From contig JAQOWU010000001.1 in assembly GCA_030867685.1 (NCBI GenBank), positions 1 to 64,000 on the forward strand: 64,000 bases of DNA, written 5' to 3'. The stretch's first letter is position 1. Every line of letters begins with the position of its first letter. This document shows positions 1 through 11,705 of the stretch, piece after piece. The stretch is from Wickerhamiella versatilis (taxonomy: Eukaryota). Below the pieces are notes generated by a model. That model searched no databases, had not been told where the DNA came from, and saw only the letters and a list, made by a program, of their open reading frames with translations. Position numbers and translations under genes: made by a program.

Positions 1-1809
1 CAAAACAACAATCAAAAAAAAATGTCAACCAAGAACAATCAAAAATATGTCAAACAGAACAATCCAACCAGTCTCCTTCGACAACGGTGAAAAGCTATCC
101 ACAAAGAATCTATGTTGCCAGCATCTGAAAACAATGAAATATGTGATCCTTTTGCTGGTCTCAGATTTCCTTTGACCGGTTGGCTAGACATCTTTTGTCA
201 ACTGCTTCAGCAAAGTAGAGGTTTGACTCAGATTTTGGATACACACAAGGAAATCAATCGATCAAAAGTATCAATTGGATATTTCTGGTTTGTTGCCGAC
301 TCCAGTCCATTTGGACCATTGTGCAGAGAAGGCACATTGATACTAAGAGATTCTGAAAATATGAAGAAAAATTACTCGATATCTTCTCAAAGTTTTCCAT
401 CAAACTTTTTGATCAAGAGGTTGAGTTTTATGTCTATATTCACAGGAATCTCTTTTATCCTTTGCCTTCTTTGGTCGAAGCAATAAGCCAAGCATATCTC
501 AAATGGTATTCGCCCATCTATTGTATGACAAGCATATCTGAATCTGCTGTGTGCCCTCACTCCGACAACGGTGGAAAGCCATCCACAAAGAAATCGTATG
601 TCGCCAGCATCTGGAAATATGTTATCCTTTTGCTGGTTTCAGATTTCCTTTGACCGGGTGGCTAGATATCTTTTGTCAACTGCTTTAGCAGACTAGAGGT
701 TTGACTCAGATTTTGGATACACACAAGGGAATCCGTCAATCAAAAATATCAATTGGATATCTTTGGTTTATTGCCGACTCATGTCCATTCGGAACATTGT
801 GCAGAGAAGACACATTGATATTAAGGGATTCTGAAAATATGAAGAAAAATCATCTGATATCTTCTCAAAGTTTTCCATCAAACTTTTGATCAAGAGGTTG
901 AGTTTTATGTCTCTATTCACAGGAATCTCTTTTATCATTTGCCTTCTTTGGTCGAAGCAACAAACCAAGCATATCCCAAATGATATTCGCCCCAAGAAAA
1001 AAAACGAGAAAGAGATACGTCTATTGTTTGACAAGTATATCTGAATCTGCTGTATCTCCTCACTCCGACGAATAGTGGAAAGCCATCCACAAAGAAATCC
1101 CATATCGCCAGTATCCGGAAACAATACATGTCCGGAAACAATACATGTGATCCTTCTGCTGGTTTCAGGTTTCCTTTGACAGGGCGGCACGATATTTTTT
1201 GTCAACTGCTTTAGCAGAGTAGAGGTTTCACTCAGATACTAGATACAAACCAAAATTTGGACTGTCTCATACTAGAATTGGGATTCGAAAAAATAATCGG
1301 TATTTCAAAAAATATCAATTGGATATCTCTGATTTGTTGCCAATTTAAGTCCATTCGGAACATTATGCAGAGAAGACATATTGATACTAAGAGATTCTGG
1401 CATTATGAAGAAAAATTACTCGATATCTTCTCAAAGTTTTCCATCAAACTTTTGATCAAGAGGTTGAATTTTATGTCTTTATTCACAATCTCTGTTATCA
1501 TTTGCCTCTTTTGGTTGTCAAATCAGACATATATCTTAAATGATATTATAAAAAATACCGAAAAAAAGCCTACCGAAACTCTGTCGTATATCCGAAACCC
1601 TTGATGAAGTTCATTTACTGTATTCCTTCGCACATCGGCAACGATAGAAAGCCGTTCGCAAGGAAACCCTACGCTACTCTTATTCACAAGAAATTGATAT
1701 AATCGTAATGATATCAGGAATCTCTTGATGAGATTGCGATATGTTCTTTGTCGACGGTCTCGAGATACCAGACCACTTCACAAAGATATGGAAAGGCCAT
1801 CACCTTGCA

Positions 1810-2150
1810 TCAAAAAATTAACAAAAACCAATCCAAAGAACATCAATTAAAACGATCAAAAACAAGAAAACATGTCAACCAAGAACAACCAAAAAAATGT
1901 CAATCAAGGACAATCAAAATTATTTCAATCAAAAACAAAAAAAAATCAATCAAGAACAATCAAAAGAATAACAAGTAAAACAATCAAAAACAGAAAAAAA
2001 ATGTCAATCAAGAAAAATCAAAAAATATCAATCAAAAGCAATCAAAAAAACGTCAATCAATCAAAAGAATATCAACTAAAACAATCAAAAACAAAAGAAG
2101 ATGTCAACCAAGAATAATCAAAAAAAATGTCCAACAAAACAATCCAACCA
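1810..2150. repeat. A-rich satellite-like block (AAAAAATGTCAATCAAGAACAATC-like subunits)
   Basis: Repeated AATCAAAA / TGTCAA(T/C)CAAG words; related blocks at 1-70 and ~3470-3690. Confidence 0.85.
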
Positions 2151-3469
2151 GTCTCCTCACTTCGACAACGGTGGAAAGCCATCCACAAAGAAATCTATGT
2201 TGTCAGCATCTGAAAACAATAAAATATGGGATCCTTTTGCTGGTTTCAGGTTTTCTTTGACCGGGCGGCTAGATACCTTTTGTCAACTGCTTCAGCAGAG
2301 TAGAAGTTTCGCTCAGATTTTGGATACACACAGAAATTTGTGCTATCTCATACTAGAACTGGAATTCAAAACACACAAGGGAATTGAAAATTCAAAAATA
2401 TCAATTGGATATCTCTGGTTTGTTGCCGACTCCAGTCCATTTGGACCATTGAGCAGAGAAGACACATTGATATTAAGGGATTCTGAAAATATGAAGAAAA
2501 ATCATCTGATATCTTCTCAAAGTTTTCCATCAAACTTTCGATTTTGATCAAGAGGTTGAATTTTATATCTCTATTCATAGGAATCTCTTTTATCATTTGC
2601 CTTCTTCTTGGTCGAAGCAACAAACCAAGCATATCTCAAACGGTATTCTCCCCAAGAAAAAAAAGCAAAAACGAGATAAGTCTTATTTATGACAAGTGTA
2701 TCTGAATCTGCTGTATCTCCTCACTCCGACAAATGGTGGAAATCTATCCACAAAGAAATCCTATGTCGCCAGTATCCAGAAACAATATATGTGATCCTTT
2801 TGCTAGTTTCAGGGTTTCTTTGACCGGGCGGCAGGATACCTTTTGTCAACTGCTTCAGCAGAGTAGAGGTTTGGCCCAGATTTTGAATACACACAGTAAT
2901 TTGACTATCTCACACTAAATGTGGTATTCAAAAGAATCATCGAAATAATCATTATTTCAAAAAATGTCAATTGAATATATATGTGTGGTTGTCGAAAAGT
3001 CGACGGAGGTATATGCATGTATACTGAGAGTTACTGGTCATATGGAGACAAAATCACTCGATATCTTCTCAAACCTTTCCACAAAGCGTCTGAGGTTGAT
3101 CAAAAAAAGATTGAATTTTGTATTTCCATTCACAGGAACCTCTCTTATCCTTTACCTTCTTTGGTTGTGGCGACAAGTCAGACATATTTTTCAAATGGTG
3201 TTATATTCAAGAAAAAAAATAAAGGGCAAGAGTCCTACCAGAACTCTGTCGTATATCCGAAACCTTTGATGAATTTCATTCACTGTATCTCTTCGCATAT
3301 ATTCACAAGGAAGCCCTACGCTACTCGTATCCAGAAGAAACTGATATAATCGTACTCATATCAGTATTTTTTTGATGAGATTGCGGTATGTTCTTTGTCG
3401 ATGGCCTCGAGATAGTAGAAGGTTTCTCAAAGATGCGGAAGAGAGACCTAAAGTGGATCACTTTACATC

Positions 3470-3690
3470 AAAAATTTAACAAAAACAAAAAAAGTAACAA
3501 AATGTCAATCCAATGCAAACAAAAGAAATCAAAATGTCAATCAAAAGAATATCAATCCAAAAAATCAAAAGAATCAACAGAAAAAGAGAAAAAGGTGTCA
3601 ACCAACCAAACCAATAAAAAAAAGTCAATCAAGAACACAAAAGAATCAACAAAAATATCAATCAAAAACATACCGATCAAAAAATCAGTG
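3470..3690. repeat. A-rich satellite-like block, second copy
   Basis: Same AATCAAAAGAATATCAA / TGTCAA words as 1810-2150, preceded by the same flanking block (1575-1810 resembles 3240-3470). Confidence 0.8.
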
Positions 3691-5559
3691 AGTCGAATAT
3701 CTGAATTTGCTGCAAACTCAAATACAGCACAGTCTGCGTGAACAGATGATACTAAGAATTGCCGTTTATATGAAAAAAATACTTGATCGATACCTTCTCA
3801 AAGTATTTAGCGAAACTCTTGAGATAGGTTACCAGATCTATTTTTCTTCTATTTGCAGTAGTTTCAAGGATTATTTGCCTGGTTTGGTTCCAGTAGCAAA
3901 TCAGATACCGCTCAAGAAAAAAGAATGATGAGAAGATACCCCCGCCTGTCGATAATCTGTCAGACATATCAGAGCTCGGGTGGATCCCAACTGTTGTATC
4001 TCTTCCTGCTTCGACAATTGTGGAAACTATTCACAATGAAAATCTATGTCACATGTATTCAGCAACTATTTACGATGCTTTTACAAAGTTTCCCTTACTC
4101 GTGATACTGCTCAGCCTGTCAAATTTTCTCATATTTTCACAGCAGTACTATGTATTGATGGTCTGACTAGGTTGAAATGGCAAATAAGATACCTCCTAAT
4201 TGCTGTGATGCTCAAAAAAAGATAAAAATAAGAGATATGTTGAATATCTCTGAGATACATCCAAAATCTTGAAAGAATCACTTCTGCCGTCCATCTTCAT
4301 GTTTCATGTTTTGACGACAATAATATGCCATTCACAAAGAAAGTCCTATACCACGTCAAAAACATTCCATGCGATTTTATTATGGTTTCCAATTCTCTTT
4401 TAAAGGATGAAAAAATACTTGTTGTCGAATATATCTAGGGAACAGACTGTTGTGATGCTATATATTCACAGATAGATCTCATGTCAAAAACTCAAAGTTG
4501 AAGAAAAGAACAGGAAAATATCAATCGCGAACCAAAAGAAAGCAAAAAAGAAGTAATATCAAAAGAAAAATCACCATAATTTTCGAAAAAACAATAAAAA
4601 AAAGAGAAAAAAATTGGCTATTTGGTTTTTTTGCCGGCTCAAATCCATCCAGCCCTACATGCAAAACCAGAAGCTGTAACAATGAGGAGTGCTGTCTATA
4701 TGAAGGGAAGAAGCTTTAAAAATACCCTCTCAATGTTCTCCGAATGAATTTTGAGGTTCCCGCAGACCAAATTCTCCTTTATTCACAGAGGTCTTATGTA
4801 TCATTTGACTGATGTGGTTGAAATGGCAATATATTCAAGATAAAATGCAAAAACAAATTAAACAAGCAAGAGATCTGCCCTTGACTGTCTTTCAAATCAT
4901 GAAATTTTTGAATGAATCCGTCTGTCGTATTTCGTCACACCATTTTTGGTGTCTGCTCAGAATTTAATATGAAATTATTCCGATACAAAACTATCTCTTC
5001 GTAACTCCAAAGTGAAGGATTGTGCTAGAACTCAATGTTCAAGCAGTGTTGTAACATAATGTTTACTTCCAACTGCTCATAATGTTCAAGTTAAGTTCTG
5101 GTAAGTCCTTTCTTCTTCTTTAGAAAGAGAGAGGCTATGAATTCTTCTGTCCTATGGTAGAATATCAGGATTCTGTGCTTATAAGACATTAGGAGAGCCT
5201 AATGTGTGCTCTCTTCATCAAGTGAAATTTTACAGATTGTCTGCTTGGACTCACCTGATGCCAATGTCTTGCATATGGGCTTCCATTTTTGAGAAGAGAG
5301 CTTATAGGGTATTTGTATTGGAAAAAGTTTTCTTTTCTGAGTACCAGTACAACACCAGATTGCAGATAGCCACCGCAATTTCAATCCAAAAAATCTAAGA
5401 AAGCACGGAAAAATTTCGATATAAAAACGAAATTCAATTTCGATGCGGAGTTAAATGGATAATGGAAAGAAATTGGCTGTCTCACGTATACCTTCTATCT
5501 CAAGTTACGAATTCGTATCGAGAAAGACCTGGTTAGTAAGAGAACCACATTCGTTGACC

Positions 5560-6720
5560 ATGACGCGTGCATTTAGCGCACCAGGGAAAGCATTACTTGT
5601 AGGGGGATACCTTGTACTCTTTCCAGAATACTCTGGATACTCTGTGGCACTCTCAAGCAGAATGCATGCTGTTGTAGAGTCGTGTGATTCTGAGGAGCTA
5701 ATTATTTCGAGCCCTCAATTTGATTCGCGGTGGACCTACAGCCTAAGCCAGTATACTTGTGTTTCTGGTACACACAAGAACCCATTTCTGGATGCTGTGG
5801 TTAGCAGTATTGGTACTTATTTTGGAGGCGCACTTAAACCTGGACGCATAGAGATCTATTCTGATGCTGGCTTCCACTCACAAAAGTATGCACATAATGG
5901 CCAGCTGCCTCAGTTCTCGTACCATTCAAGGCAAATCACCGAAGTCCCGAAGACTGGACTAGGGTCCTCTGCTGCCTTGTGCACTGTAGTTACTAGAGCT
6001 TTGGTCTCGCTACAAGACCCGCTAGAGAGCGATTTGCAAAAGATTCATAACTTGTCTCAAATAGCACATTGCCATGCACAAGGTAAAGTTGGAAGTGGAT
6101 TCGATGTGGCAACTGCGGTTTTTGGTTCAATCAATTATTCGCGATTTGACCCTAAGTGTATACCCGCGCAAAATGACGTAGACTCTTTGAGAGCTAGTGT
6201 AAACACACACTGGCATATGCTCGCTGATACAGTCTCCCCACCCGAGTCAATTGCCTTCGTTTTCGGTGATATCTCTGGAGGTTCGGAGACCCCAGGAATG
6301 GTAAAAAAGGTTTTGTCCTGGAAAGATGCCAACCCTGAGACGTCCTTAAAGTTATTCAATCTTCTCCAGCAAGCTAATTCCTCGTTTATGCATCTTTTAA
6401 AAACACAGGCTCATCCTGACGAAATTAAAAGAGCTCTGGATAAGGTCCGAGCTCTTCTGCGCAGTTTAACGCAGGACACTGGTGTACCCATTGAGCCTTT
6501 AGAGCAGACAAAATTATTGGACGCTGCATGTAATGTCGAAGGCGTGATAAATGGAGTAGTTCCCGGGGCTGGCGGGAACGACGCTGTTTGCTTAATAGTA
6601 GAAGCACCGCATTTACAAAAGGTACTAAACATGCTAGAATCCATTCCAAACGTATCATGGTCTGTTGAGCATCCCTCAAAGGGACTCCAAGAGGAGGACC
6701 CGGGGCTTTACCGTGTGTAA
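5560..6720 (+). CDS. ERG8: Phosphomevalonate kinase (GHMP family)
   Basis: Motifs AFSAPGKALLVGGY, KTGLGSSAA, AQGKVGSGFDVA and GVVPGAGGNDA. Start placed at ATG 5560 (MTRAFSAPGK), not the ORF-track 5455. Confidence 0.95.
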   Translation: MTRAFSAPGKALLVGGYLVLFPEYSGYSVALSSRMHAVVESCDSEELIISSPQFDSRWTYSLSQYTCVSGTHKNPFLDAVVSSIGTYFGGALKPGRIEIYSDAGFHSQKYAHNGQLPQFSYHSRQITEVPKTGLGSSAALCTVVTRALVSLQDPLESDLQKIHNLSQIAHCHAQGKVGSGFDVATAVFGSINYSRFDPKCIPAQNDVDSLRASVNTHWHMLADTVSPPESIAFVFGDISGGSETPGMVKKVLSWKDANPETSLKLFNLLQQANSSFMHLLKTQAHPDEIKRALDKVRALLRSLTQDTGVPIEPLEQTKLLDAACNVEGVINGVVPGAGGNDAVCLIVEAPHLQKVLNMLESIPNVSWSVEHPSKGLQEEDPGLYRV

Positions 6721-6808
6721 CTGGGAACCATAATGAAACTCAGAAAGAAGCGAAGTGCTATACTGCAATTCTAGCTGTAATACTAGTCATTGTTTAAATA
6801 ATTAATTT

Positions 6809-7318
6809 TTAATTGAGTGAGGATGCAACGCCTCTGGCATTGGTTGTAAACAGGGTAGAAAAATAAAGCTTGACATAACGTGAAATATCACCAACAACAC
6901 CTGGTCTTGGTGTGGTCAATTTAACCTTTTTCTTGGAATCTTTCTGCACAGGAGGAGTTCCACCAAGTCTGTGGCCAGAGTTACCGCCGAACTTTGGTGC
7001 AAGTGCACTCAATTTGCGAAGAGCAGCAGTGACCGCTATGACGTTGCCACCTTTTACACGATCAACTTCAACGCCGCGATGGAAGAATAAAAAGGTGGGC
7101 ATTGCAGTCACACCAAACTGGGATGCAATCTGTTGGTTCTCATCCACGTCAACATCTGCCATAGCCACATTTGGAAATGTTGTACTCATATGATCAACCG
7201 CAGGCTTTACAGCTTTGCAAGGACCACACCACTCAGCGCTGAATTTCAACATAACAAGTGGCTTTGATGCCAGTAGATGATCGCATTCTGCACTATCATG
7301 AATTGACGGTATTCCCAT
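6809..7318 (-). CDS. Thioredoxin (WCGPC) with C-terminal extension
   Basis: FSAEWCGPCK active site, AMPTFLFF cis-Pro motif, and a ~60 aa tail. Confidence 0.9.
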   Translation of the reverse strand: MGIPSIHDSAECDHLLASKPLVMLKFSAEWCGPCKAVKPAVDHMSTTFPNVAMADVDVDENQQIASQFGVTAMPTFLFFHRGVEVDRVKGGNVIAVTAALRKLSALAPKFGGNSGHRLGGTPPVQKDSKKKVKLTTPRPGVVGDISRYVKLYFSTLFTTNARGVASSLN

Positions 7319-7544
7319 ATTAGCTAGCAGTTTGGGGTTGGCAAGTGACTAAGAGGAATATTGTTCATATATCTATCTCAATAAGGAAATGTTTGAACCA
7401 AAAGTATATACCAAGTGTCAAATACTAAAAAATAATAAATTCATGAAAGTATCAACCTATAAAGTCTTCCAGCTAGTCACGTCTTTATCTTAAAGGGGTA
7501 GTTGTGTACGGCGGTTTCCTGTAATCAGTTCGCTTCGTCATTAG

Positions 7545-9254
7545 ATGGATACTTCTGCCGAGGCATCAGCACCTTCGTCTGACATGGCAGACGTGAAGGC
7601 GCAACCTGCTGCAAATTTTTCTGAAATGCCAGCTGGACAGGTTGAAGGGCCCACTGTTGATTCGGCACCCTCGGCGTCAACGGGATCAGAACCACAGCAT
7701 GCACCTGACGCGTTGAAGCATGAAGAGAGTGCGAAGGCACAAGCTTCAACCCCTGTTGAGGATACCAAACCGTCGGTAGATGCTACTAATTCAAATGGGG
7801 GGCATGCAAAGGCGAAGCCAGCGTCTGCAACATCCTCTTCATCCAAGAGACCTCATCATGCGCGTGTACGAAAACCCTCACAAAAGGCGGTTGAAGTGGC
7901 AGAGCAGCCAAAAGCACAAAAGCGAAAACGGAAGCCAGCGAAAATGGTGAAGCTTAAGTATTTCAATGCAGAGCCGATGCCAGAGTTTGAACCTATACAA
8001 TTTGAAGACGACGCCAGTCTCCAGGCATTTTGGATCCGTGTGGGTCTTCGTGAGTTTCTTTGGCGGTTTAACAAGCTTGTTCAGCCAGGTACCCGTCATT
8101 ACGCAACGATAAATGATCCGACACAGACTTGGTCTGATGTGCTATTCAAGACCGTAATTGCACAGCTGCTTCACGTCATTCTGAACGACCACTCACCAAT
8201 AGTCCCATTCACAAAACAATACTATCAAAACATACAGGCTTGCCAGCCCTCAAGTCCTGATATATGGACTCAGTTACTAGAGTTCTTACAACGTACTGAT
8301 CCCTACGTATACAAGTCCGAGCAACTCAAAGGAGAGCTGCAGCGGCTAGATTTGGTCAGGCGGCTTATGGTTTTGTGCACTGGTACTGAAACCATAAGAC
8401 TTACAGTCACCAGTGACGTGGATGAGCTGAAATTCGTCGTTTCGGGTAATAATGAAGAAATAAAGAAGCTGGAGAAGCACTGGAAAGAGACGCAGAAAAA
8501 GCTGCAATCACTGAAAAAAGTCGGGCCTGATGTCTATAAGGCAAAACTGGATGCGGCAAAGCTTCAATCCGACCAACGCATCTGGCGAGTACACCAGGAC
8601 ACATTTCAGAAGCAAAAAAAATACAACCTTCGTACCCAGCCCATTGGCGAAGATAATCTAGGAAATGTGTACTGGGCCTTACAACAAAAGTCTCGAGATA
8701 TGGCAGCATGGGGCTCGTGGATTGTGTGCGAAATGCGCTACGAGCCGGAAAGCCTGAAGTTCTTTACGGAAAAATTGCCCAAAGATGTTGATCATGTTCT
8801 AGAGTCTCGAGCTCAAGCGCCTCCCCGTAAAAAGAAAAAGCAAGCTGATGCCACAAACCAGCCCAAACAGGGGGAAACTGCTCAGGCTCCAAACAACAAT
8901 ATCAACAACAACGGCCACAACGGTGAGCAGCAAGCCACACCCACATCAGCACAACCAGGAAATGAGCATGAGGATCCAAAAGAGTCCACCCAAAGTTCGG
9001 GTCTTTCTGGACTGAAGGCTGAGTCCGAGGACAGCGTGCCGCCAGTGAAGCCAGGCTCCGAAAAGGCGTCCGATGAAGCACCAAAGAAACGCAGATATCC
9101 AAAACTCAAAATTGAAAAGCCAAAGGTGAATCCGCATCTATATTACGTTGCTGGTGGTGAAAATATCTCAAAACTGGCCAGCTGGATAGGTGGCCAGGGC
9201 TCCAAAGAACTCGCAGAGAAAATTGAACTTTTATCTGTGTATGTAGATGAATAG
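7545..9254 (+). CDS. Probable nuclear chromatin-associated protein with WHIM2/WSD-like motif
   Basis: 569 aa ORF with basic NLS-like runs (KRKRK, RKKKK). RTQPIGEDNLGNVYW resembles the WHIM2 LG.D..G..YW motif of ISWI-associated subunits. Function inferred. Confidence 0.55.
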   Translation: MDTSAEASAPSSDMADVKAQPAANFSEMPAGQVEGPTVDSAPSASTGSEPQHAPDALKHEESAKAQASTPVEDTKPSVDATNSNGGHAKAKPASATSSSSKRPHHARVRKPSQKAVEVAEQPKAQKRKRKPAKMVKLKYFNAEPMPEFEPIQFEDDASLQAFWIRVGLREFLWRFNKLVQPGTRHYATINDPTQTWSDVLFKTVIAQLLHVILNDHSPIVPFTKQYYQNIQACQPSSPDIWTQLLEFLQRTDPYVYKSEQLKGELQRLDLVRRLMVLCTGTETIRLTVTSDVDELKFVVSGNNEEIKKLEKHWKETQKKLQSLKKVGPDVYKAKLDAAKLQSDQRIWRVHQDTFQKQKKYNLRTQPIGEDNLGNVYWALQQKSRDMAAWGSWIVCEMRYEPESLKFFTEKLPKDVDHVLESRAQAPPRKKKKQADATNQPKQGETAQAPNNNINNNGHNGEQQATPTSAQPGNEHEDPKESTQSSGLSGLKAESEDSVPPVKPGSEKASDEAPKKRRYPKLKIEKPKVNPHLYYVAGGENISKLASWIGGQGSKELAEKIELLSVYVDE

Positions 9255-9301
9255 TGGTCAAAATTGAACTTAAACTACAGCTATAAATAGTTTTGCATTT
9301 C

Positions 9302-9841
9302 CTAGGCTTGTTCCTCCTTAGGTTTCTCCATTGGCGAGTCCTCAGCTTTGGCTTGTATTTCAACGCCTTCCTCTGAGTTACCATCCCCACCTAAAGACAG
9401 CATCCTCTGTCGCGACGAGCGAAACAGTTCCTCTTGCTCGCGCAACAATTCCTCTTCGGATCTCCCACTCTGTTCAAGCTTCCCTACCTTGCGATCGCGT
9501 TGCTTTAGACTGTCTTTATGGTCGGATATGACCTTCTGCACGGGTTCAACATAATCGGGAAAGCCTAGCTGCTGAAGAGCCTTTATAACATGCTCACTAG
9601 CAATAGTCTTTTTAGATTCTCGCTCAGCAATGTCATTAGATTCAGTGGAAAGAATCATGATAAACATGACACAGCATTCTATGAGAGCATCGCGAGATTC
9701 CCGCGAAAAGGCAAGATCTGGTGGTAGAATTTCTTGAATTATCTTTTGAACCGTCGCCTTCGGGAGGCTAAGTTCCTCCGCGCTCTGATCAGACATTAGT
9801 GTTAGTAAGCCTCAGGGAGCCGCTATACGCATGCATACCAT
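9302..9841 (-). CDS. NCB2: Negative cofactor 2 beta subunit (Dr1), probably spliced: ATG 9841-9839, intron 9838-9785
   Basis: Histone-fold sequence LSLPKATVQKII...KKTIASEHVIKAL. Minus strand reads ATG|GTATGC...TTACTAAC...CAG|AGC GCG GAG, which is in frame after splicing. Confidence 0.93.
9785..9838 (-). other. 54-nt spliceosomal intron in NCB2
   Basis: 5' splice site GTATGC directly after ATG, branch point TACTAAC (9807-9801), first downstream AG is CAG ending at 9785; the intron contains an in-frame TGA. Confidence 0.75.
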
Positions 9842-9935
9842 CCTTGAGAGAGAGAAACTGCTTCGAAACTTTACAGAAATGTCTAGGCAAACTACACATT
9901 CTGGTTTAAGAAAAGTCCTAAACTAATTAAGATAC

Positions 9936-11705
9936 CTAGTGATGGAACAGGCGGAAAGAGTTCTCCACATACACCAGCCCCTTCGCATCCGCTGCATCCA
10001 AAACTGCCTGATCCTGAACCGATCCAGTAGGAGCAAAAATGTACTTAACACCAGAGCGCTCAGCACGGTAAACGTTGTCGCTGAATGGGAAAAATGCGTC
10101 TGAAGATAGTGCTACGTTGTTGAGCTGGGAGATCCACTCGTCGCGCTCTTCAGCAGTGAGTGGTTCAGGAACTTCCTCAAACTTCGCCTCAAAGTCCTTA
10201 AGCTCTGGCCCCTCAGTAGGAACCTGGTTGGTGACATAAAGATCAATTGCATTAGACTTATCAGGACGCTTGGTGCCCTTGGCCCACTTGAAGCCCAAGA
10301 CCTTGGGATGGAACCTCAACCACCAGGCATTGGCCTTATCACCGGCAAGACGAGTACAGTGAATTCGCGATTGCTGGCCTGCTCCGAGTCCGATTGTCAT
10401 GCCGCCCTTCGCGAAGCATACTGAGTTCGACTGAGTGAATTTCAAGGCAATCGTAGCCACGGTAAGGTCGATGAGAGCCTGTTCAGGTAATTCTTTATTC
10501 TTTGACAGAATTTCCCGGAAAGAGGTAGCTGGGAAGAAAGCAGCATCATTTCTCTTCTCCTGAAGATCGATACCAAAAACAGTACGGGTCTCCAATGGCT
10601 GAGGCACATATGTGGGATCTATCTCTAGTACACAGTACTTCCCGCCTTTCTTCTTGCGCAGGATTTCCAACGCTTCTGGCTCATATCCCGGTGCAATCAC
10701 ACCATCGCTAACTTCCTTAGAGATAATTTTCGCCGTGGGCACGTCAACACGGTTGCTCAACCCGATAAAATCTCCGAAGCTCGACATGCGATCGGCACCA
10801 CGTGCGCGAACGTATGCGTTTGCCAAAGGAGAGTCGTCCCCAAGATCACCTGCAAAGTAAACTTTCTTCTCCTTCTCAGTTAGGGGCATCCCGACAGCTG
10901 CACCAGCTGGAGACACATGCTTGAAGGATGCAGCGGCAGGAAGTTCAAGCGCTGCACTAAGCTCCTTCACAAGCTGCCACGCATTAAGCCCATCAAGCAA
11001 ATTGATATAGCCTGGTGAGCCGCAAAGTGTCTTAAACGGAAGTTTTCCTCGAGGGATGAATGCCTGGGCAGGCCTCTGGTGAGGATTTTCACCGTAACGT
11101 AAGGGCTTCTGAGACACATCTTCCGCGTACTTCTTGCGGAAGAAGTCCGCGATTGTCGCATCATACTCTGCAGTAACCTCGAAAGCTTTCAAAGCAAGCT
11201 CATTGCGGAGATCTTGACGAATTCCCCCGTGAGCTCCGAGCTCCTCGATAAAGCGGTGGTAATCGTTGGGATCGCTGAGAATTGTGACACGGCTATGGTT
11301 CTTTGCCGCTGCACGAAGAAGGGTTACACCACCAATATCTATCTCTTCCACTGCCTCGTCCACGGTAACATTCACCTTTGAAACAGTGTCCTTGAAGGGG
11401 TACAGATTGCAAACAACGAAGTCCACCTTCTCAATACCTTGATCCATAAGGTCTGCATTGTCACTTTCGATGTTCCTGGCAAGAATACCAGCATGTACAG
11501 CAGGGTGCAAAGTCTTAACACGACCTCCAAGCATCTCGGGTGCATGGGTGATTTCCGAAACGTCATTAACTACAAACCCCGCTTCACGAATCATGCGTGC
11601 AGTACCACCTGATGCTAATATCCTTACATCGTTTTTAACAAGACCCTTGGCGAGGTCCAAGAGACCGGTCTTGTCGTGCACAGATATAATTGCCGTCCGC
11701 GCCAT
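9936..11705 (-). CDS. ADE17: Bifunctional AICAR transformylase / IMP cyclohydrolase (ADE16/ADE17)
   Basis: [42 protein letters not shown] and C-terminal RLFHH. Start at ATG 11705. Confidence 0.97.
   Translation of the reverse strand: MARTAIISVHDKTGLLDLAKGLVKNDVRILASGGTARMIREAGFVVNDVSEITHAPEMLGGRVKTLHPAVHAGILARNIESDNADLMDQGIEKVDFVVCNLYPFKDTVSKVNVTVDEAVEEIDIGGVTLLRAAAKNHSRVTILSDPNDYHRFIEELGAHGGIRQDLRNELALKAFEVTAEYDATIADFFRKKYAEDVSQKPLRYGENPHQRPAQAFIPRGKLPFKTLCGSPGYINLLDGLNAWQLVKELSAALELPAAASFKHVSPAGAAVGMPLTEKEKKVYFAGDLGDDSPLANAYVRARGADRMSSFGDFIGLSNRVDVPTAKIISKEVSDGVIAPGYEPEALEILRKKKGGKYCVLEIDPTYVPQPLETRTVFGIDLQEKRNDAAFFPATSFREILSKNKELPEQALIDLTVATIALKFTQSNSVCFAKGGMTIGLGAGQQSRIHCTRLAGDKANAWWLRFHPKVLGFKWAKGTKRPDKSNAIDLYVTNQVPTEGPELKDFEAKFEEVPEPLTAEERDEWISQLNNVALSSDAFFPFSDNVYRAERSGVKYIFAPTGSVQDQAVLDAADAKGLVYVENSFRLFHH

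Larger units (their letters stand above)
1..4950. repeat. Degenerate tandem repeat array (~0.5 kb unit) with higher-order duplication; gene-free
   Basis: Core GTGGAAAGCCATCCACAAAGAAATC recurs near 86, 571, 1075, 2171 and 2737, with diverged copies near 1645, 4020 and 4325. Block TATCTTCTCAAAGTTTTCCATCAAACTTTTGATCAAGAGGTTGA recurs near 380, 858, 1425 and 2510, diverged near 3062, 3790 and 4720. All ORFs are short and broken. Confidence 0.9.

Noticed and set aside
1114-1147. Exact 17-bp tandem duplication (also a short duplication near 63809-63838)
   Set aside because: Ordinary slippage duplication; no CRISPR-like spacer structure.
112-5398. Many short ORFs in the repeat array
   Set aside because: They are broken at different positions in each copy or are K/N/Q-rich translations of A-rich satellite; not intact genes.
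11070-11105. YGENPHQ in ADE17 resembles bacterial PurH, suggesting horizontal transfer
   Set aside because: The rest of the protein is fungal-type, including the [10 protein letters not shown] insertion and RLFHH end; one residue is not evidence.
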